A DNA stretch of 32,000 nucleotides from Candidatus Baldrarchaeota archaeon (GTDB taxonomy: Archaea; Asgardarchaeota; Baldrarchaeia; Baldrarchaeales; DXJG01): positions 30,001 through 62,000 of the forward strand of contig DXJG01000009.1 of the NCBI GenBank assembly GCA_019056805.1, written 5' to 3'. Positions 1 to 10,108 of the stretch are shown piece after piece. The notes beneath the pieces were generated by a model. That model was not told where the DNA came from. It saw nothing but the letters and a program-made list of their open reading frames with translations, and did no database searches. Within the stretch, counting starts at the first letter, position 1; the number at the start of each line of letters is the position of its first letter. Made by a program: the position numbers and the translations under genes.

Positions 1-257
1 GAGTTTTTTCCATTTAAAAGTTTATTGGTTGTTCAAATCTTTTTAAATTAATTTTTTCCAGTACTTAAGGTTTTAAATTCCATGGAATATGGAACAACAA
101 TTCTCTTTTTCAGGCCTTTTATAATGAAAGTCGACTGGCATATGTTGAATTTATGCAAGTTTAAATTGTCTGCATAGAAGATATAAAATTTTATTTTCAT
201 TAAGGAAGAAAAGAAGAAGTTTAAAGAAAAGTAATGGTTAAAAAGAAGTGAAGCTGA

Positions 258-1126
<869 letters not shown>

Positions 1127-1130
<4 letters not shown>

Positions 1131-2281
1131 TCATCTCCTGCTATACGATTTGCTATTTCAACAGCTCTTTTCGCAGCTTCTTCCATGGAATCCAATACAT
1201 CTATCCCTGCTTCCTGTAATATTTTTCTTCCCGCTTCTTCCATTGTTCCAACCATCCTAACAACTAGTGGTACCTGTATCTTAATTCTCTCTCTTGCTTC
1301 TATGATGCCCTTAGCCATCCAGTCACAACGCGTAATTCCACCTAGGATGTTTATAAAAACAACTTTTACTCGTGGATTTGATAAGATGATTTCAAGAGCA
1401 GTTTCCATTCTCTTCGGGTCTGCTCCCCCACCAACATCTAAAAAGTTAGCCGGCTTCCCACCATATAAGCTTACCATATCAAGAGTTGCCATAACTAGTC
1501 CCGCACCGTTTCCAATAATTCCGATATTCCCATCGAGCTCAACGTATGCAAGTCCCTCTTTTCTTGCTTTCAACTCTCTTTCATTAAATTCTTTCCCCTC
1601 AGTTTCCATGGTTTTTTCGAATTCAGGATGTCTGAATAAAGCATTATCATCAATAATTAGGCGAGCATCGGCTGCAATTAGTTTGTCATCTTTTGTTTTA
1701 ATAAGGGGATTAATTTCAACAAGTTCTGCATCGTATTTCTCAACAATTTTCCAAAGTTTATTTAGAATATCAGCTGCAATTATTAGATTTCTACCCTTTA
1801 ATCCAATTTTCTTCACTAGGTCTCTTGCTTCAAAACCTTGAAATCCTAATAAAGGATCTACATAATGCTTTATTATCTCTTCTGGATATTTTTCCGCCAC
1901 CTCTTCTATATCTACTCCCCCTCTAGAACTAACAATAGCTACATATTTTCTTGCAGATCTATCAACAGTTATTCCAAAATACAGTTCATTTTCTATTTCT
2001 AACTTCTCCTCTACAAGTACTTTTTCGATTTTTATTCCTTTTATCTGTGATCCTAAAATCTGAGATGCGATTTCTGCTGCTTCTTCTGGTGTTTCAGCGA
2101 ATTTTATTCCACCAGCTTTTCCTCTACCTCCAACCAAGACTTGAGCTTTAATTGCAACAGGTTTACCTATTTCTTCTGCAATTTTTTTGCATTCTTCAGG
2201 AGTATCTGCAATCTGACCCCTAGGTATCGATATGCCAAATTTTTTGAAAATTTCTTTGGCTTGGTACTCGTAGAGTTTCAT
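1127..2281 (-). CDS. sucC: Succinyl-CoA synthetase beta subunit (ATP-grasp)
   Basis: [11 protein letters not shown]-terminus, [21 protein letters not shown]-x-L-x-x-DDNA-x-FRH, [32 protein letters not shown]. Confidence 0.95.
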
Positions 2282-2778
2282 GCCTGTCCCTCTGTGGTTC
2301 TTGAAAGTTCTTCTAATATTATATGTGCGCTTGTTTCTACTACTCCTTTTATTTTTGATACTTCTCTTAGAAATTCATCGAGCCGTGTTCGGCTAAGTAA
2401 AGCTATGAGGTCAATTTCTCCTGTTACTCTATATAGATTGCTGACGCCGATTTTTCGTATCGCGTCGTATGCTTCATTTCTGAATTGAGGTAAAACCTTT
2501 ATGAAGACGAATGCATCTGCCCCTTCTTCTCCTAAGGTAGCTAGTGCCTTTTCTGTTAAGTCTATAAATCCTCTTCCTGTCCTGACGAAGCCCATTTCAC
2601 GTAGTTTTCTTAAATGGTTACTTAAAGCCTGTCTTGTAATCCCTAGTTCATCTGCTAATCTTTTTTGTGTTTTATGTATCGAATATACTCTTACAGGTCT
2701 TCCGCTCTCATATAACTTTTTTAAAATTTCGAACTGTCTATCCGTTAACTTAGCTACATAAGAAGCCATGACTTTCAC
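2278..2778 (-). CDS. Winged-helix transcriptional regulator with Lrp/AsnC-type C-terminal domain
   Basis: N-terminal HTH (TQKRLADELGITRQALSNHLRKLREMGFV) and a C-terminal ferredoxin-like AsnC fold (LYRVTGEIDLI). ATGA overlap with the sucC start. Likely start is the ATG at 2769. Confidence 0.75.
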   Translation of the reverse strand: MKVMASYVAKLTDRQFEILKKLYESGRPVRVYSIHKTQKRLADELGITRQALSNHLRKLREMGFVRTGRGFIDLTEKALATLGEEGADAFVFIKVLPQFRNEAYDAIRKIGVSNLYRVTGEIDLIALLSRTRLDEFLREVSKIKGVVETSAHIILEELSRTTEGQA

Positions 2779-2880
2779 CCATTGCCTTTTTTCACGTAAA
2801 TTTTTACATAGTTAAGATATAGCGATGTCTAAAAAAACCTTTACATATATAAAAATTTTGGTAGCAACATGTTCCTCTGT

Positions 2881-2895
2881 CGAAAGTTTTAAATC
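2881..2895 (+). promoter_or_regulatory. BRE + TATA box upstream of alba
   Basis: CGAAAGT-TTTAAATC matches the archaeal BRE/TATA consensus about 60 nt before the alba ATG. Confidence 0.5.
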
Positions 2896-2951
2896 TTCAC
2901 ATTTGTTAGTGTGCAACAGCTTAAAGCTAGTAGCTTCTTGGAGGGACAGTC

Positions 2952-3230
2952 ATGTCGGAAGAGAATGCTGTATTCGTCGGAAACAAACCTGTTATGAACT
3001 ATGTCTTGGCAGTTTTAACATTATTTCACAACGGCGCGGAAGAAGTAAGCATAAAAGCAAGAGGTAGAGCAATCAGCCGTGCAGTGGATGTCGCCGAAAT
3101 AGTAAGAACCCGTTTCTTATCCGACACTGAAATTAAAGAAATAAAGATAGGAACGGAACAACTGACTGGAAGAGGCGGCGGACCAGCAAATGTTTCAACC
3201 ATAGAAATAGTGCTTTCGAAAAAACAGTAA
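2952..3230 (+). CDS. albA: DNA/RNA-binding chromatin protein Alba
   Basis: [42 protein letters not shown]. Confidence 0.97.
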   Translation: MSEENAVFVGNKPVMNYVLAVLTLFHNGAEEVSIKARGRAISRAVDVAEIVRTRFLSDTEIKEIKIGTEQLTGRGGGPANVSTIEIVLSKKQ

Positions 3231-3299
3231 AACGAGGCGACCTCAATATTTTCTCTGTTAAAACCCTTACACATTTTTTAATCATGGGAGAGGTGAAAT

Positions 3300-3806
3300 G
3301 TGAAAACTCCCTTATGCACCTTTTGTTTAAAAAGCGGAATATTATGTCCTAAGTGTCAAGAAAAAGTTGAAAAAGGAGAAGTTTCCGAGCTAGATATCCA
3401 AATAGCTAAAGAACTTTTAGAATTAGAAACACGATTTCCAACCCTGAAAGATGTAGAATTAAAAAAATGCGTAGAGATAGGACCATTAGTTATTATACTA
3501 GTTGGTGAGAAGGACGTTTCAAGTGTTATAGGTCCTTCTGGTAAAATTGTTAAGCTTCTCAGTAAAAAACTTAACAAAAAAATACGAATAGTTGGAGAAT
3601 CGACCGATATAAGGAAAACCATTCAAGATTTACTCGCCCCAGCCGAAGTACTTGGGGTAAATGTTGTATGGTTACCAGATGGATCATATGAAAAAAAAGT
3701 TAGAGTTAGACGTTCAGATGCTAAAAAACTTCCTACTGATATTAAAACATTAGAAGAAGCTATACAATGTCTCTTAAATGAAAGATTTAGAATAGTAATG
3801 GAATAA
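3300..3806 (+). CDS. NusA-like KH-domain transcription elongation factor with N-terminal CxxC...CxxC zinc site
   Basis: PLCTFCLKSGILCPKC zinc motif, KH loop VIGPSGKIVK, second degenerate KH. GTG start after the SD GAGGTG. Confidence 0.8.
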   Translation: MKTPLCTFCLKSGILCPKCQEKVEKGEVSELDIQIAKELLELETRFPTLKDVELKKCVEIGPLVIILVGEKDVSSVIGPSGKIVKLLSKKLNKKIRIVGESTDIRKTIQDLLAPAEVLGVNVVWLPDGSYEKKVRVRRSDAKKLPTDIKTLEEAIQCLLNERFRIVME

Positions 3807-3840
3807 ATTTTGTTTTATAAAATATTCTACTTATTTTGAG

Positions 3841-5166
3841 GTGGAGAACGTGATTGAAGACTTGGGAGACTGGAGAAGAACTCATTTATCTTCAGAAATT
3901 TCACCTAAATTGGAAGGGAGAGAAGTTGTTGTTTGTGGATGGGTTCAAAGAATTAGGCAACTTGGCAAATTAATGTTTATAGTATTAAGAGATAGAGAAG
4001 GCACTTTACAAGTCACGGTTCACCGAAATAAGGTTAAACCTACTCTTTTTGAAAAGTTAAAGAAACTAAAAAACGAATATGTAATTGCTGTAAAGGGAAT
4101 TGTTCAAGCATCAAAGGAAGCACCCAAAGGAGTTGAAATTTTACCAACAGAGGCAAAAATTCTAAATATTACCAACCCTCCCCTACCACTTGATCCCACA
4201 GGAAAAGTACCCGCTGACTTAGATACAAGATTAGATGCAAGAATTATTGATTTAAGACGCCCAAAAACATTTGCAATTTTTAAAATTAGGCACGTACTAC
4301 TCCAAAGCATTAGAGAATTTTTTGTTAAAAATGGATTTATTGAAGTTAACACACCTAAAATAATAGCGACAGCTACAGAAGGCGGTACAGAACTTTTCCC
4401 CGTATCATACTTTGATCGGGTTGCATACCTAGCTCAAAGCCCTCAACTTTATAAAGAAGAATTAACAGCAGTCTTTGAGAAGGTATTTGAAATAGGACCA
4501 GTTTTTAGAGCTGAAGAACACCGCACAACACGACACCTCGCAGAATTAATAATGATCGACATAGAAGAAGCCTTTGCCACTGCAGAGGATGTTATGAGAA
4601 CCCTAGAAGAATTAACAATATATGTTTTTCAAAAATTAAAAACAGAATGCGCAGTTGAATTAAAAACATTAGAACGAACATTGGAAATCCCCAAAACACC
4701 ATTTCCAAGATATACCTATGACGAAATACTAAAAATGTTAGAAAAAGATGGCATAGTAATTCCTTGGGGCGAAGATCTACCCACTCCCGCCTTAAGAAAA
4801 ATAGGTGAACACCTCAAGGGTCCATACTTTATAACAGATTGGCCCACTAAAAGCAAACCCTTCTACATTAAGCCAAGAAATGATAACCCAGAAGTTTGTG
4901 AAGCTTTTGATTTTATGTGGAGTTGGCTTGAACTAGCCTCTGGAGGAACCAGAATTCATAATAAAGAATTATTAATTGAAAGATTAAAAAATCAGGGATT
5001 AAACCCTGAGTCTTTCAAATACCACCTACAAACTTTTGATTGGGGAATGCCTCCTCACGCCGGATTCGGCCTCGGACTTGCTAGGCTACTTATGATAATT
5101 TGCGGAGTTAATAATATTAGAGAATGTGTACTTTTCCCAAGGGATATAGATAGGTTAACCCCCTAA
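3841..5166 (+). CDS. aspS: Aspartyl-tRNA synthetase, archaeal type, probably non-discriminating
   Basis: N-terminal OB domain (RTH...GWV), ATEGGTELF, LAQSPQLYK, motif 2 FRAE, ELASGG-x-RIH, motif 3 GMPPHAGFGLGLAR. Pro in the anticodon-binding loop (SKEAPKGVE). Confidence 0.97.
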   Translation: MENVIEDLGDWRRTHLSSEISPKLEGREVVVCGWVQRIRQLGKLMFIVLRDREGTLQVTVHRNKVKPTLFEKLKKLKNEYVIAVKGIVQASKEAPKGVEILPTEAKILNITNPPLPLDPTGKVPADLDTRLDARIIDLRRPKTFAIFKIRHVLLQSIREFFVKNGFIEVNTPKIIATATEGGTELFPVSYFDRVAYLAQSPQLYKEELTAVFEKVFEIGPVFRAEEHRTTRHLAELIMIDIEEAFATAEDVMRTLEELTIYVFQKLKTECAVELKTLERTLEIPKTPFPRYTYDEILKMLEKDGIVIPWGEDLPTPALRKIGEHLKGPYFITDWPTKSKPFYIKPRNDNPEVCEAFDFMWSWLELASGGTRIHNKELLIERLKNQGLNPESFKYHLQTFDWGMPPHAGFGLGLARLLMIICGVNNIRECVLFPRDIDRLTP

Positions 5167-5175
5167 AGCTAGATT

Positions 5176-5907
5176 TCAATAAATTTCACCTTTAATAAAA
5201 GCTTCAGTACGTGGATCTTTTGGACTAGTGAAAATTTCCTCCGGCTTTCCAATTTCTATTATTTTTCCGTAAAATAAAAAGGCAATTCTGTGCGCAAGTC
5301 TTTTAGCTTGAAACATATTATGTGTAGCCATCACTACTGTTGTTTTTCTCTCTTTATTCACATTTAAAATAACTTTCTCAATTATAGCTGTATTTCTAGG
5401 ATCTAAATTCGCAGTAGGCTCATCTAACAATAGAACTTCAGGCTCGATAACAAGAGCTCTAGCAAGTGCAACTCTTTGAGCTTCACCACCTGAAAGTGTT
5501 GTCGCCCGTCTATTCCAGAGATCAGCTAAACCAACTAATTCCAAAACTTTCATCACTTTTTTTCTTATAGTTAATTTATCTACTCCTCGAATTTTTAACC
5601 CATAAGCAACATTTTCAAATACTGTTGTATTAAAAAGAACAGGATTCTGAAAAACAATGGCCATACGTCTACGTAAATAAATTTTTTCAGTTTCAGAACA
5701 CTTAGTAGTATCAATACCATCAAAAATTATTTTCCCATCTGTAGGACTATCAAGCAGATCGATTAAACGCAAAAGCGTTGTCTTCCCAGCGCCATTAGGA
5801 CCTATTACTGTAAAAAACTCCCCTCTTCCAACTTCCAGGTTAATATCCTCTAAAACATATTTATCTGAATACTTCTTATACAGATGCTGTATCTCAAGGA
5901 TGGTCAA
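5176..5907 (-). CDS. tupC: Tungstate ABC transporter ATP-binding subunit
   Basis: Walker A GPNGAGKT, signature LSGGE, Walker B LLLDEPT, H-loop ATHN; in an operon with tupA and tupB. TTG start. Confidence 0.85.
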   Translation of the reverse strand: MTILEIQHLYKKYSDKYVLEDINLEVGRGEFFTVIGPNGAGKTTLLRLIDLLDSPTDGKIIFDGIDTTKCSETEKIYLRRRMAIVFQNPVLFNTTVFENVAYGLKIRGVDKLTIRKKVMKVLELVGLADLWNRRATTLSGGEAQRVALARALVIEPEVLLLDEPTANLDPRNTAIIEKVILNVNKERKTTVVMATHNMFQAKRLAHRIAFLFYGKIIEIGKPEEIFTSPKDPRTEAFIKGEIY

Positions 5908-6614
5908 TAGATCCTCTCTCCTTTTCTCTGTAAATAAGTTAACATCATATTAATGATAAATGCAAGTAAAATTAGAATCAACCCCAAAGCGATTGCAAGC
6001 GCAAATTCCCCTCTTCTAGTTTCTAATACTATTGCTGTTGTAAGAGCACGTGTATACCATCTAATATTTCCCCCAACTATCATTATAGCCCCTACTTCAG
6101 ATATTACTCGACCAAAAGCAACTATAATTCCAGACAACATACTCATGCGAGTTTCCTTTAAGACAGTCCATATAAGCTGACCTTCTGTTGCTCCAAGAGA
6201 TATCGCTGTTTCCCTAACTGTTCTATCAATACTACTGACCGCAGCCATGGTTATACCCGTAATTATAGGTGTTGCTAATATAAATTGAGCAATTATCATT
6301 GCTAAAGGTGTATAAAGCAGATCTAAAAGTCCCAATGGACCACTTCTCGATAATAACAAAAATACGAATAAACCTACAACCACCGGGGGTAATCCCATCA
6401 TCGTATTTACAAAATTAACAACTAATTGTTTGCCTTTAAAGTCGTAAAGTCCAAGAAGTGCTCCAGAAGGTAAACCCACTATTGAACCCAATATGACAGC
6501 AGTTCCAGAAACTCTTAAAGATAAAAGAGTAATGTTCAGTACTTCCGGATCTAAGGAAAGTATTAACTGAAACGCTTTGAAAAATCCCTCTATGATCTCA
6601 TTCAAACTTATCAC
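5904..6614 (-). CDS. tupB: Tungstate ABC transporter permease
   Basis: TupB motifs NTMMGLPPVVVGL, SRSGPLG, FGRVISEVGA, GGNI...TR-x-LTTAI-x-LET. Confidence 0.88.
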   Translation of the reverse strand: MISLNEIIEGFFKAFQLILSLDPEVLNITLLSLRVSGTAVILGSIVGLPSGALLGLYDFKGKQLVVNFVNTMMGLPPVVVGLFVFLLLSRSGPLGLLDLLYTPLAMIIAQFILATPIITGITMAAVSSIDRTVRETAISLGATEGQLIWTVLKETRMSMLSGIIVAFGRVISEVGAIMIVGGNIRWYTRALTTAIVLETRRGEFALAIALGLILILLAFIINMMLTYLQRKGERIY

Positions 6615-7654
6615 CTCAGAATAGAATAAAATAGTATTATTTTAGATTTGCCATCCTTTATATCTCTTTTAAATTCTGGAATACTTGTTTCTTCTAATAC
6701 TACAAAGAAACCACTTGGTGGATCAAATTCTGGTTGACCCCAGTATTCATAAGCAGCTTGTTCCTCTTCCTCAGTACCCCAAGCATCTGGAGCGTTTCCA
6801 TAACACGGTATGAATAATTGTTCTCCTCCAACCGTGAAATTTGCTATTCGTTGCTGACCATAGTCTGATATAAAATATTCTATGAGTTTTCTGGCTAAGT
6901 CAAAGTTTACTTCTGGATGTTTTTCCGGATTAACAAGCAACCCACTATAAGGGTTGATCAATATAGGGTCTCCCTCCACTAACACTACTAGATTATCTAA
7001 ACTGTTCTTCATTGAGAGCCATGTTCCTCTATCGGTGAGGGTATATCCACTCTTACCCGAAAATCCCTCATTCGTAGCAATTAATGTATTACCCATGCCT
7101 TGGCCTGTTTCTAGATACCATGACTTTCCACTAGGGTTTATTCCCGCCATATCCCATATGCTTAATTCTTTTTTATGTGTTCCAGAATCGTCTCCCCTGG
7201 AAAAGAAGACTATTTCTCCTGCTTCTCCTGCTTCCGCTATTCTAATGAAAGCTTCGGTAACATTGCTTAAGCCTTCTATGTTTGCTGGATCATCAGGAGG
7301 ACCAACTACAATGAAATCGTTATACATTATTGGTACTCTATGAATCAAATCTCCAGAGTCTACATACAGTCTTTCTGTTTCGGGAGAATGAACTAGTACA
7401 ACATCTGCATCCCCTCTACTTGCTATTTCCAATGCTTGGCCAGTACCTACGGATAAGACGCGAACCTTTACATTATATTTTTCTTCGAACACTGGTAGCA
7501 TATAGTCTAAAAGCCCAGAGTCGTATGTACTAGTTGTAGTTGCAAGAATTAGGTCTTTTTCAGGCTTAGTTGTCCATTGATAAACAAGTATAGAGGACAA
7601 TAATATTGTAGTTGCAGCAAGAACTGCAATTAAAACAGTTATTCCCCGTCTCAT
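6611..7654 (-). CDS. tupA: Tungstate ABC transporter substrate-binding protein with N-terminal membrane anchor and C-terminal extension
   Basis: TupA-type LATTTS...DSGLL motif, VGTGQAL, GDADVVLVH, SRGDDSGTH-x-KE, Y-x-LTDRGT; hydrophobic N-terminal helix. Confidence 0.9.
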   Translation of the reverse strand: MRRGITVLIAVLAATTILLSSILVYQWTTKPEKDLILATTTSTYDSGLLDYMLPVFEEKYNVKVRVLSVGTGQALEIASRGDADVVLVHSPETERLYVDSGDLIHRVPIMYNDFIVVGPPDDPANIEGLSNVTEAFIRIAEAGEAGEIVFFSRGDDSGTHKKELSIWDMAGINPSGKSWYLETGQGMGNTLIATNEGFSGKSGYTLTDRGTWLSMKNSLDNLVVLVEGDPILINPYSGLLVNPEKHPEVNFDLARKLIEYFISDYGQQRIANFTVGGEQLFIPCYGNAPDAWGTEEEEQAAYEYWGQPEFDPPSGFFVVLEETSIPEFKRDIKDGKSKIILFYSILR

Positions 7655-7668
7655 AGTTTACATCACCA

Positions 7669-7694
7669 TCGTTATGCATATATATGCATAACGA
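7669..7694. promoter_or_regulatory. Perfect 26-bp palindrome, putative ModE-family operator
   Basis: TCGTTATGCATATATATGCATAACGA is its own reverse complement. It resembles the ModE box ATCGNTATATA-N6-TATATANCGAT and lies between the tupA TATA box and start codon, with modE divergent next door. Confidence 0.8.
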
Positions 7695-7707
7695 AAAAAC
7701 ACATTAA

Positions 7708-7722
7708 TATTTAAAACTTATG
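7708..7722 (-). promoter_or_regulatory. BRE + TATA box of the tupABC operon
   Basis: The minus strand reads CATAAGT-TTTAAATA, which places the predicted transcription start inside the palindrome. Confidence 0.55.
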
Positions 7723-7934
7723 ATTCCACAAACCCCGTTTTCGTAGCTTAAAGGTACATTAATTTCAAACTAATTCTGTAAGTGTCGTTGACCACCCTGA
7801 AAACTTAACTGCAATTTCCCTTAAATTATGGAATTATTTGAATCTACTTTAACATAAAAAGTTAAAGTAACATAGTGACACTTATTATCGTGTAAACACT
7901 AAATTTGTGAGCTATTCTATGAAAGGTGTAGAAT

Positions 7935-8504
7935 TTGAAGGAAAAAGAAGTTGAAGTAGTACCTAAATTTAAGATATGGCTAGAATATAAAGGAAAAACT
8001 ATTCTAGGTAAGGGAGGCGCCAAGCTTCTTCAAACTATAAAAGACAAAGGATCATTATCATCAGCAATTAAGGAACTCTCAATTTCCTACAGATATGCAT
8101 GGGGGTATCTAAAGAAAATAGAAGAAAGAATAGGTGTACAAATAGTTAAGAGCTTCAAGGGAGGAGCAAAGGGAGGGGGAGGAATGAAATTAACAGAAGC
8201 CGGTGAATCATTACTGAGGAAATATAAGCGGTTTGAAGAATTCTTAGAATTTACGCTACAAAACCCTGAGTTATGGGAGGCTTACGGATTAAGAATTAAG
8301 GATAAAAATAGAATAAGGGGAAAAGTTATTGAAATCACTGAAGAAGACGAAGCTGCAATAGTTAAAATTAAAGTTAACATCCCTGTTACAATCGTCTCAA
8401 TAATTACAACAGAAGCGGTTGAAGAATTAGATCTTAACAAAGGGGATCAAGTTAAGGCAATAATTAAAGCAACCGAAGTAATGGTTGATAAAAAGGATGG
8501 TTAA
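7935..8504 (+). CDS. modE: ModE-family molybdate/tungstate-responsive regulator (winged HTH + one TOBE domain)
   Basis: ModE N-domain (ILGKGGAKLL...GSLSSA...SYRYAWGY...GGAKGGGGMKLT) and C-terminal TOBE (N-x-I-x-GKV...IIT...IKATEV). TTG start. Confidence 0.85.
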   Translation: MKEKEVEVVPKFKIWLEYKGKTILGKGGAKLLQTIKDKGSLSSAIKELSISYRYAWGYLKKIEERIGVQIVKSFKGGAKGGGGMKLTEAGESLLRKYKRFEEFLEFTLQNPELWEAYGLRIKDKNRIRGKVIEITEEDEAAIVKIKVNIPVTIVSIITTEAVEELDLNKGDQVKAIIKATEVMVDKKDG

Positions 8505-8712
8505 TAAAATGATAAGCGCTAGAAACAAAATTGAAGGAAAAGTTGTTGAAATTAAAAAAGGTAAACTCTTAGCAAAAGTTAAAATCCAAGTGACCATACC
8601 ATTCACAATAACCGCTGTAATCGTCCGTGAAGCAATTAAAGAATTAAATATTAAAAAGGGAGACACCGTAGAAGCTGTTATAAAAGCGACAGAAGTCATA
8701 ATTGAGAAATAA
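8497..8712 (+). CDS. Stand-alone TOBE/Mop molybdate-tungstate-binding protein (molbindin)
   Basis: ISARN-x-I-x-GKV, LNIKKGD-x-V-x-AVIKATEV. Start at ATG 8497 or 8509; overlaps the modE stop. Confidence 0.85.
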   Translation: MVNKMISARNKIEGKVVEIKKGKLLAKVKIQVTIPFTITAVIVREAIKELNIKKGDTVEAVIKATEVIIEK

Positions 8713-8728
8713 AGTAAATTACCAAACA

Positions 8729-10108
8729 TTAATTCGATATTAAAAAGCCAGCTGAAACTGGGTCATGTGGCTTCATGAATTCTCTTAAAACTATAGTTGC
8801 ATATCCTCCTTTTGGAACTGAGAAACACATAAGAGTTTTAAGCATGCTGGGACTCAATTCATCTCTCATTATTTCTGGTACTTCAAAATTTCTGATCTTT
8901 AGAAGAACTGCTCTATATGTACCTTTTACACTTAACTCCGGCATGGACTTGATGTAAAAATCTTCAAGTCTTACCTCTTCCTCCTCTAATATGTCTTTAA
9001 TAATGTCACCTGTTACTCCACGTGGAATTTTCACCTTATAACCTATTAAAGGCAATGCCACAACAAATTTTCCTTCTTTTACTTTTTCTCGTAATTCTTT
9101 AAGGTTATAGCTAGTTGCCTCACATGGTTCATTAGCTGGAAGACCGCTTTCATCAATCTCCAATACAAAATCTCCCTCAAAAACTTCATTTAAAGTCTTA
9201 GTCTTCATTTTATAGCTAACAAGCTTATTAAAAATATAGGAAGTGTAAGAATGTGTAAACATGATTCTTAATTGTTTAGGTATGAGACGTAAAGCAGAAA
9301 TATATCCTCTTGGATGTCTTGATAGATGTTCTAACATTCTTTTCTCATACCATAAATAACTAGGAAACATTTTTGCTGCATCTTTAAAATTCATGTTTTC
9401 CTTTAATTTCTGTCTCGCTTCTCTCGTGTGCTCATCTTCATATGGCGATGTTTCCGTTAAAAACCTAATAACAGCCTCTTTAAACAATCCTTTTACTATA
9501 CATTTTCCAATGATATGATTTGTTGGTCTTCTAGTCCCAAAACGTTGAAACCCAAAGAAATTTGGAATACCACCTAATTCGTTAACTTCGTCCAAAATTC
9601 TCGATATTCGACGCTCTACTTCGTTTTTTTCAAGATTTATTTTTCGTATTGTGATCTGAAAATGATTGCCCCAAAGGTTTCCGGTGTAAACTTTTTCATC
9701 AGAATACCAACATCCTCGTATATATAAACCGTTAATTCTAATTTTACGTAAATCTTCTGGTTTTATTCCCCATACACTTACACGTTGTATTGTTATTGCT
9801 TGTTTATCTTTAATACCGGCAAAAGAGAAATTTTCAGGATTCACGTTTAAATGTTCAGCTAGCGTCTCAAATGCTCTGAAAGTATCCCAACCATGTTTCT
9901 CTAACAAAAAAACCACATATCTAGATCTTTTTCCAATTTTAAAACCGTAGTCCCTACCTACCTCTAATATTTTTCCTTCAGGAGTGATTTCTTCAACGAC
10001 AAAATCTTCTATTTTTTCCCTAATTTTTCCACCAATACCTTCCGTTTTAGACAAATAACCACTAATCCCAATAAATTCCTCTAATTTATTTTTCTTCACA
10101 AAAGTCAC
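8729..10108 (-). CDS. truD: tRNA pseudouridine(13) synthase
   Basis: EDFVVEE, catalytic AGIKDKQAIT-x-Q, LWGNHF-x-I, PNFFGFQRFG, F-x-VPKGGYATIVLRE. Confidence 0.95.
   Translation of the reverse strand: MTFVKKNKLEEFIGISGYLSKTEGIGGKIREKIEDFVVEEITPEGKILEVGRDYGFKIGKRSRYVVFLLEKHGWDTFRAFETLAEHLNVNPENFSFAGIKDKQAITIQRVSVWGIKPEDLRKIRINGLYIRGCWYSDEKVYTGNLWGNHFQITIRKINLEKNEVERRISRILDEVNELGGIPNFFGFQRFGTRRPTNHIIGKCIVKGLFKEAVIRFLTETSPYEDEHTREARQKLKENMNFKDAAKMFPSYLWYEKRMLEHLSRHPRGYISALRLIPKQLRIMFTHSYTSYIFNKLVSYKMKTKTLNEVFEGDFVLEIDESGLPANEPCEATSYNLKELREKVKEGKFVVALPLIGYKVKIPRGVTGDIIKDILEEEEVRLEDFYIKSMPELSVKGTYRAVLLKIRNFEVPEIMRDELSPSMLKTLMCFSVPKGGYATIVLREFMKPHDPVSAGFLISN

Noticed and set aside
48-200. 50-codon minus-strand ORF (MKIKFYIF...) downstream of sucD
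   Set aside because: No SD, no recognisable motif, and AT-rich sequence where such ORFs arise by chance.
2918-2937. Short AGCT-based inverted repeats in the alba leader
   Set aside because: Too short and imperfect to distinguish from chance, with no second copy seen.
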